This document shows, one piece after another, positions 44,264 through 52,596 of a stretch of 64,000 nucleotides of DNA; position 1 is the stretch's first letter, and the number at the start of each line of letters is the position of its first letter. This DNA is from Candidatus Babelota bacterium (GTDB taxonomy: Bacteria; Babelota; Babeliae; Babelales; JABDEC01): NCBI GenBank assembly GCA_013286795.1, contig JABDFA010000005.1:10911-74910 (forward strand). Direction: 5' to 3'. Made by a program: the position numbers and the translations under genes. Below the pieces are notes generated by a model. That model worked only from the letters and a program-made list of their open reading frames with translations, was not told the origin of the DNA and searched no databases.

Positions 44264-46423
44264 ATGAAAATTTCATTAAAACAGGTTCTTTTATTATTAA
44301 TCATGTCATCTGCTACAAGTATATTGCCAATTGGTAAGAATGAAGAGGGGATTAATTGGACCGCACGACAAGTACAAGATCTTGAAGATGAAAAAGACAA
44401 TAAAGAGTTTTTTGATATAGAGTTTCCTCAAAAATACAAGTCTATTGCTCCTTTAAATATTAACGAAGATGAGCATTTAACCTGTGAATCTTTTTCTGAG
44501 TTAATTAATCAACAAGCTAAATTTAATAAACCTTTTATTTTAGCTAGAGTTACTACCCAAAAAGATAATCTTACATTTGTGCATTATCTTGATGCGCATT
44601 ATTTACATGCTTGGCTTTTTCAAAAATATCAATTTCCAGATATTTGCCCTGAATTAATTAATCCTATTAACAATCAAAAAATAACCCATATTCAATATTT
44701 TACTATTTCTAAGGGAGAAACTAGTTTTCAATATTTATGTTCTCTTTTTGATTTTTTCTATGGTAATCGAAAACTGGATTTATTAAACTATTTTTATTCT
44801 AATTCTGATGAATATAAACATCTTGCCAAAGAAATAGAAAATAAAGAAAAAAATGAATTAGCTAAGCCTCCTTCTATTAAATCTCTTGAATATCCAAAAT
44901 CTATTACAGAAGGCTTATCTTGGGATATTAGTAAAAATGATTTCTTTACCCATAAATCTTTTTCAGAATTAATTCTTAATCAACAACAAGCTAACGAATC
45001 TTTTATTTTGGCTAAGGTTACTATTAAGAAAAATGATAAAGATTTTATTTCCTATTATTATGATGCGCATGCTTTAAATAAACGTTTATTCGGACCTTAT
45101 CCTATTCAAAATTTCAATAAACCTTTACTCAATCCAATTAACAAACACCCAATTCACACAATTGAATATTTTACATTTGATCAGGCAGATAATAATTTTA
45201 AGTATTTATGTTCTTATTTTGATTTATTAAATGTTGATAATTCTAAAGAATTATTAAATTATTTTTATTTAAATTCTAATAATTTAGAACATTGCATTAG
45301 TCAATATAATAAATATGTAAGTATAAACGATTATCCAAAAATTAAACAGTATGCAGAAATATTATCTATCCCTAAAGTTAAAAATGTTAACTTAAAAATT
45401 TGGGCTTCAGCAACTTACAACTTAGGTGAAATTTACTATTTTGGTCCTGGCTTAGATAGACCTAATTACCAAAAAGCTAAAGAATTTTTTGAACTTGTTT
45501 CTACACCAGAAGTAAAGAATGTTAATTTACAAACTTGGGCACTAGCAACCTGCAGTTTAGGTAACATCTACCATATAGGTCAAGGCTTAGATAGGCCCGA
45601 TTACCAGAAAGCTAAAGAATTTTATGAACTTGTTTCTACATCAGAAGTAAAGAATGTGACTTTACGTATTTGGTCTATAGCAACCTGCAATTTAGGTAAC
45701 ATCTACTATAATGGTCGAAACTTAGATAGGCCCGATTACCAGAAAGCTAAAGAATTTTATGAACTTGTTTCTACACCAGAAGTCAAGGGTGTTAATTTAT
45801 CTACTTGGGCTTCTGCAACTTGTCATTTAGGTCAAATTTACTATTTTGGTCATGGCCTAGATAAACCTAATTATCAGAAAGGTAAAGAACTTCTTGAACT
45901 CGTATCTACGCCAGACGTAAAGAATGTTAATTTAGGAGTTTGGTTTACAGCAACTCATAATTTAGGTGAAATTTACTATTTTGGTCGCGGCTTAGATAGA
46001 CCTAATTACCAGAAAGCTAAAGAACTTTTTGAACTTGTTTCTACACCACAGGTAAGGAATATTAATTTAGGAACTTGGGCTATAGCAACTCATAATTTAG
46101 GTGAAATTTACTATTTTGGTCGCGGCTTAGATAGACCTAATTACCAGAAAGCTAAAGAACTTTTTGAACTTATTTCTACACCACAGGTAAGGAATGTTGT
46201 TTTAAATTTTTGGGCTTCTGCAACTTTTAATTTAGGTCAAATTTACTATTTTGGTGATGGTTTAGATAAACCTAATTACAAAAAAGCCAAAGAACTTTTT
46301 GAACTTGCTTCTACGCCAGATGTAAAGAATGTTAATTTAGAAGTTTGGCAATTTGCAAAAACTAAACTTGAAAAAATAGAAAAGCTTAACAAAGAAAAGT
46401 CATCCGATTCAGTTGCAATATAA
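44264..46423 (+). CDS. secreted Sel1-like repeat protein with duplicated N-terminal domain
   Basis: Signal peptide almost identical to the preceding gene at nucleotide level. Two copies of the N-terminal domain, then ~8 Sel1-like 45-aa units. GGAGG Shine-Dalgarno upstream. Confidence 0.8.
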   Translation: MKISLKQVLLLLIMSSATSILPIGKNEEGINWTARQVQDLEDEKDNKEFFDIEFPQKYKSIAPLNINEDEHLTCESFSELINQQAKFNKPFILARVTTQKDNLTFVHYLDAHYLHAWLFQKYQFPDICPELINPINNQKITHIQYFTISKGETSFQYLCSLFDFFYGNRKLDLLNYFYSNSDEYKHLAKEIENKEKNELAKPPSIKSLEYPKSITEGLSWDISKNDFFTHKSFSELILNQQQANESFILAKVTIKKNDKDFISYYYDAHALNKRLFGPYPIQNFNKPLLNPINKHPIHTIEYFTFDQADNNFKYLCSYFDLLNVDNSKELLNYFYLNSNNLEHCISQYNKYVSINDYPKIKQYAEILSIPKVKNVNLKIWASATYNLGEIYYFGPGLDRPNYQKAKEFFELVSTPEVKNVNLQTWALATCSLGNIYHIGQGLDRPDYQKAKEFYELVSTSEVKNVTLRIWSIATCNLGNIYYNGRNLDRPDYQKAKEFYELVSTPEVKGVNLSTWASATCHLGQIYYFGHGLDKPNYQKGKELLELVSTPDVKNVNLGVWFTATHNLGEIYYFGRGLDRPNYQKAKELFELVSTPQVRNINLGTWAIATHNLGEIYYFGRGLDRPNYQKAKELFELISTPQVRNVVLNFWASATFNLGQIYYFGDGLDKPNYKKAKELFELASTPDVKNVNLEVWQFAKTKLEKIEKLNKEKSSDSVAI
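45329..46355 (+). repeat. in-frame 135-bp tandem repeat array (Sel1-like units)
   Basis: Same 45-codon periodicity as 43161-44180, but more diverged between units. Confidence 0.85.
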
Positions 46424-46437
46424 TAATTTTTAATTGA

Positions 46438-47883
46438 TTATTTAGACTTTTGGCAGTTCAAGATAATTTGTTTGTCACTAAAGAAAAACTTGGTGTTTCC
46501 AACCATTTGGTATTCATCAGGTCCTTTGCCCAAAATTGCAATAACATCTCCAGGCTGGCAAAGAGAATATGCCAATCTAATAGCCTTTGCACGGTCCGCT
46601 TCACAAATAACTTTATTTTTATACTCAGAAGATATTCCAGACTGTATTTGATTAATAATATCTTGTGGATCTTCTGAACGAGGATTATCAGAAGTTAGAA
46701 TTACCTGATCTGCAATTGAAGCTGCAATATTTCCCATTATTGGTCGCTTTGTTTTATCTCTATCACCACCAGCTCCAAACACAACAATTAAATTTTTACT
46801 TATAGATTTCAATACAGGTAAAACTTGGGAAAATGATGACACATTATGAGCGTAATCTATAATTGCAACAGCGCCATTGGATAAATTATGCTTTTCCATT
46901 CTTCCAGGCACATACATATATTTACCAAGAGCTCTGGATATTTTTAAAGATTCTAATCCAAATGCTAAAAGTAAACATACAGCTCCAGCTAAATTGTATG
47001 CATTAAATTCACCAAAAAAATTTGATGTGCTAAAATTATAAGTTTTTTGACCTTGTTGAATTTCTAAATCTATCCCAGAAATATCATTTTTTTTAACTTT
47101 AATAACATAATTAACATTATTTTTATTGAAACTAAAAGTATAAAGATTATCTTTTAATTTTATTTGCGAAAGCCACTTATTATCGACATTTATAATAGCA
47201 TATCCAGTAGATTTAAGTTGATCTAATATTTTAATTTTAGCTTCAAAATATTCGCTCATAGAAGAATAAAACTCAGCATGTTCAGAATCAAAATTAGTAA
47301 AAACAATTCCAGAAAATTCAATCCCATAAAGTCTATACAAGCTTAATGCCTGTGCAGAAGATTCTAAGATAACAAATTGAACTTTTTCCTGAACACATTT
47401 ATGTAAAAAAGCATGAATATAATCAGGTAAGGGTGTTGTTAATGATGCTGTATAATTTTTACCCGCAATATTATTTCTTACCCCACTCATCATAGCTGTT
47501 TTATATCCAGAATTAAAAAGAATATGATTCAAAAGAAATGTGGTGGTGGTTTTTCCTTTTGTGCCGGTTACACCAATTATATTTAATTTTTTAGCAGGGT
47601 ATCCCCATGCTGCAGCACTTAATTCACTTAAGGCTCTTCGTGTATTTTTTACAAAAATTAGTTTTGAATTATGTAAGTTGATTTTTTCTAGAAGATCAGA
47701 ACTAAGTTCAGAATCCTGTTCTACAACGATTCTTGAAGCTCCTTTTTGAAGGGCCAATGGAATAAAAGAGATTCCATCTAATTGCGAACCTTTTATTGCA
47801 ACAAAAGTCGAACCTTCGCCTACATAATCAGTATGACATGTAACGGGTAAAACCTTGGGAACAGCTGAATTATTATTGCTCAT
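46438..47883 (-). CDS. murE: UDP-N-acetylmuramoyl-L-alanyl-D-glutamate--2,6-diaminopimelate ligase
   Basis: 481 aa. GVTGTKGKTTT, DYAHN, GAGGDRDKTKRP and the DNPR motif (SDNPRSEDP), which is typical of meso-DAP-adding MurE. Confidence 0.92.
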   Translation of the reverse strand: MSNNNSAVPKVLPVTCHTDYVGEGSTFVAIKGSQLDGISFIPLALQKGASRIVVEQDSELSSDLLEKINLHNSKLIFVKNTRRALSELSAAAWGYPAKKLNIIGVTGTKGKTTTTFLLNHILFNSGYKTAMMSGVRNNIAGKNYTASLTTPLPDYIHAFLHKCVQEKVQFVILESSAQALSLYRLYGIEFSGIVFTNFDSEHAEFYSSMSEYFEAKIKILDQLKSTGYAIINVDNKWLSQIKLKDNLYTFSFNKNNVNYVIKVKKNDISGIDLEIQQGQKTYNFSTSNFFGEFNAYNLAGAVCLLLAFGLESLKISRALGKYMYVPGRMEKHNLSNGAVAIIDYAHNVSSFSQVLPVLKSISKNLIVVFGAGGDRDKTKRPIMGNIAASIADQVILTSDNPRSEDPQDIINQIQSGISSEYKNKVICEADRAKAIRLAYSLCQPGDVIAILGKGPDEYQMVGNTKFFFSDKQIILNCQKSK

Positions 47884-49213
47884 TTTGCTTGATATACTTA
47901 GCTACACCTTTACGAATAAATGGTAAGAAATATAAAATAGCATACAAGTTAATTAATAACATAGCAGCATTAATTATATTTATTAAGTTCCAAACCAAAT
48001 CAACTTTTGCAATTGCTCCAAAAAATGTTGCTATACAATAAAGAGCGATAAACAAATATGTGAATCTACCCTTAGTTACATATAACCATGTTTCAAGAGT
48101 TACAAAAGCATATGATACTAAAACTCCTAGTCCAAAACTTACAGAACAAAATGTAACTATCCATCCACCATATGAACCAAATACTGTCTCAAACGCAGAT
48201 ATCGTCAAAGCTGTACTTGCCTCCCCACTGTTCCACACACCACTTGAAACAATACATAAAGCAACAACAAAGCAGACTAAATATGTACTTATAAAAGCAC
48301 TTAGCATTGACATTATTGAATCCTTCATAGGATTTTTACTACCTGATGCACCAAATAAAATGGGTACAGTACCCAAGCCAGCCTCATTGGCTGTTAAAAG
48401 ATGAGAAAAACCTTTGCTAATCGCTTGTTGTATTGTAAATCCTAAAGCAGCTCCACCTATAGCTTCTGGGTTAAAGGCGCTAACAAACATTAATTTAATA
48501 GCGGGTAATAAATTTGCATAATTATAAAGTAAAACAATTAATGATGAAATTATAAATACACTAACTTTAAATGGAACTAACTTATCAGAAATAGTTATAA
48601 TCCTTTTTGCCCCACCGATCAGAACATATGTAATAAACACAAAAAGAACAATAGCTATTATGTATGGATTAATCTGCCATGTACGGAATATACCAGAACT
48701 AATAGAATTTGACTGCATAGAACTACCAGCAATAATACCAAAAATTACAGTAAATATAGTGAATAAATAGGTCAAAACTTTACCGCCCGGTATTTTTTCC
48801 ATATACACCATAGGGCCGCCACCCATTTTTTTAGTTAAAGGATTAATATCTTGAATAGAGGTTGCCAAATAAACTTCAGCAAAGCGTATTGCCAAGGAAA
48901 AGATTCCTGCTATTAAAATCCAAAATGCTGCGCCTGGGCCCCCAACAGCAATTGCTGTTGCAATACCTGCTATACTACCATTTCCAGTACTTACACCAAT
49001 TGCGTTAATTAAAGCTTGAAAAGGAGAAAGTTCACCTTCTGTTTTTTCTTTTGAAGGAAATAAAGCAAATTTCCATGATGCAAGAAAATATCTAAATTGT
49101 ATAAAATAAAGCATTACTGTAGTTAATACACCTATTACAATAAATGTAATTATAAGTGGCCAACTCCATATTATTTGACTAAATTTTAAAACAAATAAGT
49201 TTAAATCGATCAT
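47873..49213 (-). CDS. sodium:alanine (AGCS family) symporter, paralog 1
   Basis: 446 aa polytopic. SPFQALINAIGVSTGNGSIAGIATAIAVGGPGAAFWILIAG is the AGCS signature region. Confidence 0.8.
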   Translation of the reverse strand: MIDLNLFVLKFSQIIWSWPLIITFIVIGVLTTVMLYFIQFRYFLASWKFALFPSKEKTEGELSPFQALINAIGVSTGNGSIAGIATAIAVGGPGAAFWILIAGIFSLAIRFAEVYLATSIQDINPLTKKMGGGPMVYMEKIPGGKVLTYLFTIFTVIFGIIAGSSMQSNSISSGIFRTWQINPYIIAIVLFVFITYVLIGGAKRIITISDKLVPFKVSVFIISSLIVLLYNYANLLPAIKLMFVSAFNPEAIGGAALGFTIQQAISKGFSHLLTANEAGLGTVPILFGASGSKNPMKDSIMSMLSAFISTYLVCFVVALCIVSSGVWNSGEASTALTISAFETVFGSYGGWIVTFCSVSFGLGVLVSYAFVTLETWLYVTKGRFTYLFIALYCIATFFGAIAKVDLVWNLINIINAAMLLINLYAILYFLPFIRKGVAKYIKQNEQ

Positions 49214-49225
49214 TTTTATCCTTCT

Positions 49226-50563
49226 TTATATATTTTCCTGTTTTATATCTTTCTGCATGGTTTTACGCATTAATGGTAATAGATATACGACTGCACAAAT
49301 ATTTATAAGGAACATTACTCCAATTAATATATCAATTGAGTTCCAAACTATATCAACTTTTGCAATTCCACCTAAAAAAGCAGCTAAACAATATAATACA
49401 GAAGATACCCAACCCCAACGACCATTAGTTATAAATAACCAGGTTTCGCGAGTTATAAAAGCAAAAGTAACTAAAACACCTATTCCAAAACTCACAGAAC
49501 AAAATGTTACTATCCATCCACCATATGAACCAAAAACAGTTTCAAAGGCTGATATTGTCAAAGCTGTACTTGTTTGTCCATTATTCCAAACACCGCTGGC
49601 AACAATAGACAGGGCCACCATAAAACACACAAAATATGTGCTTAAAAATGCTCCAAACATAGACATTATTGAATCTTTCATGGGATACTTACTACCAGTA
49701 GCGCCAAACAATACGCCAGCAGTTCCCAAACCTGCTTCACTTGCTGTTAAAATCCTAGGCAAGCTACTTCTAATAGATTTCATTATAGTAAAACCAATAA
49801 CTGCTCCTCCGGCAGCCTGTGGGCTTAGCGCACTCATAATCATTAATTTTATAGCAGGAATAATAGATGAATAATGATAAACAAGAACAATAAGAGAAGA
49901 AATTATAAATATAGCCACTTTAAATGGAACTATAATTTCTGAAAGGCGCATAATTCTTTTTGCCCCACCAAGTATTGCATAAGTAATAAACACAAAAAGC
50001 ACAGCTGCAACAATATATTTATTTATTCCCCAAGTTCTTACAAAACTTACACCAATAGAGTTTGTCTGAACTGCACTTCCACCAACTATTCCCATTAAAA
50101 ACATCGCAACAGTAAAAATATATGAAAGAACTCTTCCACCAGGCAACATCTTGATATAAACCATAGGACCTGATTTTATTGGATTGTCAGGATTAGTATC
50201 TATTATTGATGTAGATGCATATACTTCTGCAAAACGCATTCCCAAACAAAATACACCTGCTATAAATAACCAAAAGGCAGCCCCTGGACCACCTGTAGCT
50301 ATAGCTATAGCTATTCCAGCTATACTACCATTTCCTGAACTAGAACTAAGAGAACTTATAAGAGCTTGAAAAGGAGTAATCTCCCCTTCACTTTTTTCAT
50401 TTACAGAAAATAAAGCTAATTTCCATGATTTAAAAAAATACCTAAACTGAACAAAATTCAGCATAAAGGTTATAATTGAACCAGACAAAATAAAAACAAC
50501 TATTAAAGGCCAACCCCACATCAAATCACCAATTTCTATGAGCAGTTGATTGAAATTCATCAT
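49226..50563 (-). CDS. sodium:alanine (AGCS family) symporter, paralog 2
   Basis: Same signature (TPFQALISSLSSSSGNGSIAGIAIAIATGGPGAAFWLFIAG). Start placed at MMNFNQLL by alignment to paralog 1; the track start at 50647 is probably too long. Confidence 0.78.
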   Translation of the reverse strand: MMNFNQLLIEIGDLMWGWPLIVVFILSGSIITFMLNFVQFRYFFKSWKLALFSVNEKSEGEITPFQALISSLSSSSGNGSIAGIAIAIATGGPGAAFWLFIAGVFCLGMRFAEVYASTSIIDTNPDNPIKSGPMVYIKMLPGGRVLSYIFTVAMFLMGIVGGSAVQTNSIGVSFVRTWGINKYIVAAVLFVFITYAILGGAKRIMRLSEIIVPFKVAIFIISSLIVLVYHYSSIIPAIKLMIMSALSPQAAGGAVIGFTIMKSIRSSLPRILTASEAGLGTAGVLFGATGSKYPMKDSIMSMFGAFLSTYFVCFMVALSIVASGVWNNGQTSTALTISAFETVFGSYGGWIVTFCSVSFGIGVLVTFAFITRETWLFITNGRWGWVSSVLYCLAAFLGGIAKVDIVWNSIDILIGVMFLINICAVVYLLPLMRKTMQKDIKQENI

Positions 50564-50670
50564 ACTTATCCTAAGAGTTATTAAAAATGATAGCCAACAT
50601 GACCTTATTAAAGTATATATTATATAATATATAAATTTTATTTGCAAAATTTTTAAAATAGAAAAGATTT

Positions 50671-51090
50671 ATGAAATTATTAGCCTTAGATTTAGGAGAT
50701 ATTCACACCGGAACTGCTTTAACAGATGCGATAGGCATGTTTGCTCATCCATATAAAACTATACCAACAAAAGATATAGAAAATTTTATTGAAGCTTTGT
50801 TAAAAACGGAGCAAATATCAACTATAATAGTAGGTTATCCTAAAACACTAAAGGGCGAAATTAGCGCTCAAACTCAAAAAATTATAAACTTAAAAGAAAA
50901 ATTAGAAGAAAAATTTAAAAATCAAAAGTGGATTCTTTGGGATGAAAGATTAAGTAGCAAACAAGCAGAAAAATTTAAGAAAACTTCAAACAAAGAAGAT
51001 AAAATGAAATTACATTCTATAGCTGCTGCTATTATTTTAAGTTCATACTTAGAATACCTTTTAGTTAAGCGATCTATTCAAGATCTATAA
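50671..51090 (+). CDS. ruvX: Holliday-junction-resolvase-like nuclease RuvX/YqgF
   Basis: 139 aa. MKLLALDLGDIHTGTALTD, VGYPKTLKGE, WDERLSS. Confidence 0.88.
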   Translation: MKLLALDLGDIHTGTALTDAIGMFAHPYKTIPTKDIENFIEALLKTEQISTIIVGYPKTLKGEISAQTQKIINLKEKLEEKFKNQKWILWDERLSSKQAEKFKKTSNKEDKMKLHSIAAAIILSSYLEYLLVKRSIQDL

Positions 51091-51203
51091 AAACAACATT
51101 GACATAACAATAAACTATTTTTTAAGTTTGTAAGACCATTAAAACTAAATCTAAAATAAACTTGAAAATACAAATTGGCTCAAAAAAACTAGGAGAGGAG
51201 CCT

Positions 51204-51383
51204 ATGAAGTGCAGGAAGTGTTCAGGTCTTATGGTACAACAATTGTTTTTTGATCATTTTTTGAATTTTGAGGGATGGAAATGCTTAAATTGTGGTAAAA
51301 TAATTTCTAAGAAAGAAAAGATTATAGAGTTTGACGCCTTTAGTATGTTTTATCAACAACAAAAATGCAAAAACAAAAAATAA
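51204..51383 (+). CDS. small zinc-ribbon protein
   Basis: AGGAGAGGAG Shine-Dalgarno 3 nt before the ATG at 51204. MKCRKCSGLM..WKCLNCGK gives two CxxC pairs. Overlaps the tsaB start by 19 nt. Confidence 0.5.
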   Translation: MKCRKCSGLMVQQLFFDHFLNFEGWKCLNCGKIISKKEKIIEFDAFSMFYQQQKCKNKK

Positions 51384-52060
51384 ATTTTCACTACCTTATT
51401 ATTCAGAGTAATTATACAGGTATAGAAATAGCTCTATGCGATAAAGAACAAATCTTAAAAAAAATTTTTATAGATAAAAAGTATTCAAGTAAAAATCTGA
51501 TACCTGATATAGAAAATATATTAAAAAATACTGAATTAGAAATTGATCAAATAAGCTTTATAGGAGTCAATCAAGGTCCTGGTCCATTTACAACTCTTAG
51601 AGTAGCTATTACTACTGCTAACGCACTAAATTTCGCTTTAAAAATACCTTTAGTTTCTATAAATGGTCTAGAAATTTTTCTTCAAGAGAATAAATCTAAA
51701 AAACATAATATAACTGTAGCCATCCTTAATGCATTTAATAACGATGTCTACTTTGGAATATTATTAAATATAGAACATTTAGAAATTGGTTGTAAAAATA
51801 TCGATCTATTTTTGAAAGAATTACAAACTAGTTTTGGAAATCAAAAAATTGAATTTATTGGAAGTGGTATAAATTTTTTTGAATCCAATATAAAAGATAT
51901 ATTAAAAGATAACTTTTATATATCTGAACCGTTACCTTTAGGCCCCTCTCTTGAAGCACTTGCAAAAGCTTCCTATTCCAAATGGCTATCAAAGCAAGAC
52001 ATAACTCAACAAGTTATTCCATTATATTTAAAAGACGCAATTATAAAAAAAGAAGCTTAA
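51365..52060 (+). CDS. tsaB: tRNA t6A37 biosynthesis protein TsaB (YeaZ)
   Basis: 231 aa. GVNQGPGPFTTLRVAITTANALNFALKIPL. Confidence 0.85.
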   Translation: MQKQKINFHYLIIQSNYTGIEIALCDKEQILKKIFIDKKYSSKNLIPDIENILKNTELEIDQISFIGVNQGPGPFTTLRVAITTANALNFALKIPLVSINGLEIFLQENKSKKHNITVAILNAFNNDVYFGILLNIEHLEIGCKNIDLFLKELQTSFGNQKIEFIGSGINFFESNIKDILKDNFYISEPLPLGPSLEALAKASYSKWLSKQDITQQVIPLYLKDAIIKKEA

Positions 52061-52446
52061 ATAGGGTTGCTCGATTTACCATCATTCTTAATAATTACAA
52101 AACTATCTTTTGGAGATGATTTTGGCAAAATAAAGCTATAAGAGGATCCACAAGATGTTTTATTACCATCTTGCTTACAAAAATAAAACATTAAATCCCT
52201 GTTTGCAGGATATTCAATATTATAAATAACACTTGAGACGTTTGGCCTTACAACTGTAAATTTACCCGGATCGTCTCCTTGATAAACTCTTATACTATAT
52301 GATTTATTGTCAGTGGTACCATAAAAAACAGTAAGAGTCCTTTTTGTTGTTGTATCTATACCTGAAAACAATTGATTAAAAACAAATATACTTAAAACTA
52401 AAAAAATAAACTTAAACTTCATTAAAACCCCTTTATTTAAACTCAT
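52057..52446 (-). CDS. small secreted hypothetical protein
   Basis: Leader FKFIFLVLSIFVFNQLFS. No recognisable domain. Confidence 0.5.
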   Translation of the reverse strand: MSLNKGVLMKFKFIFLVLSIFVFNQLFSGIDTTTKRTLTVFYGTTDNKSYSIRVYQGDDPGKFTVVRPNVSSVIYNIEYPANRDLMFYFCKQDGNKTSCGSSYSFILPKSSPKDSFVIIKNDGKSSNPI

Positions 52447-52521
52447 AATTCTAATTTATTATATTAATTTCAAAATATAAAAAGCAATGATTTATTCAAT
52501 AATCTTAGGCAAAGATCAATA

Positions 52522-52550
52522 TTGACAGTTATAAATTAATATGATATGTT
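52522..52550 (+). promoter_or_regulatory. sigma70-like promoter (TTGACA-17 nt-TATGTT with TG extension)
   Basis: TTGACA at 52522-52527 and tgaTATGTT at 52542-52550, 47 nt upstream of the ATG at 52597. Confidence 0.4.
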
Positions 52551-52596
52551 ATTATTAATATATCAATTTATAATTAGAGTAAAAAATAGGGATCAC

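Noticed and set aside
43161-46355. Regular 135-bp periodic repeats that could superficially suggest a CRISPR-like or satellite array.
   Set aside because: The repeats are in frame within long ORFs and have no unique spacers. They translate to Sel1-like 45-aa units, so they are protein repeats.
48060-49874. Antisense ORFs 48060..48404 and 49257..49874 with similar sequences (TEQNVTIHPPYEP..).
   Set aside because: They lie antisense to the two paralogous AGCS transporter genes, and their resemblance mirrors that paralogy.
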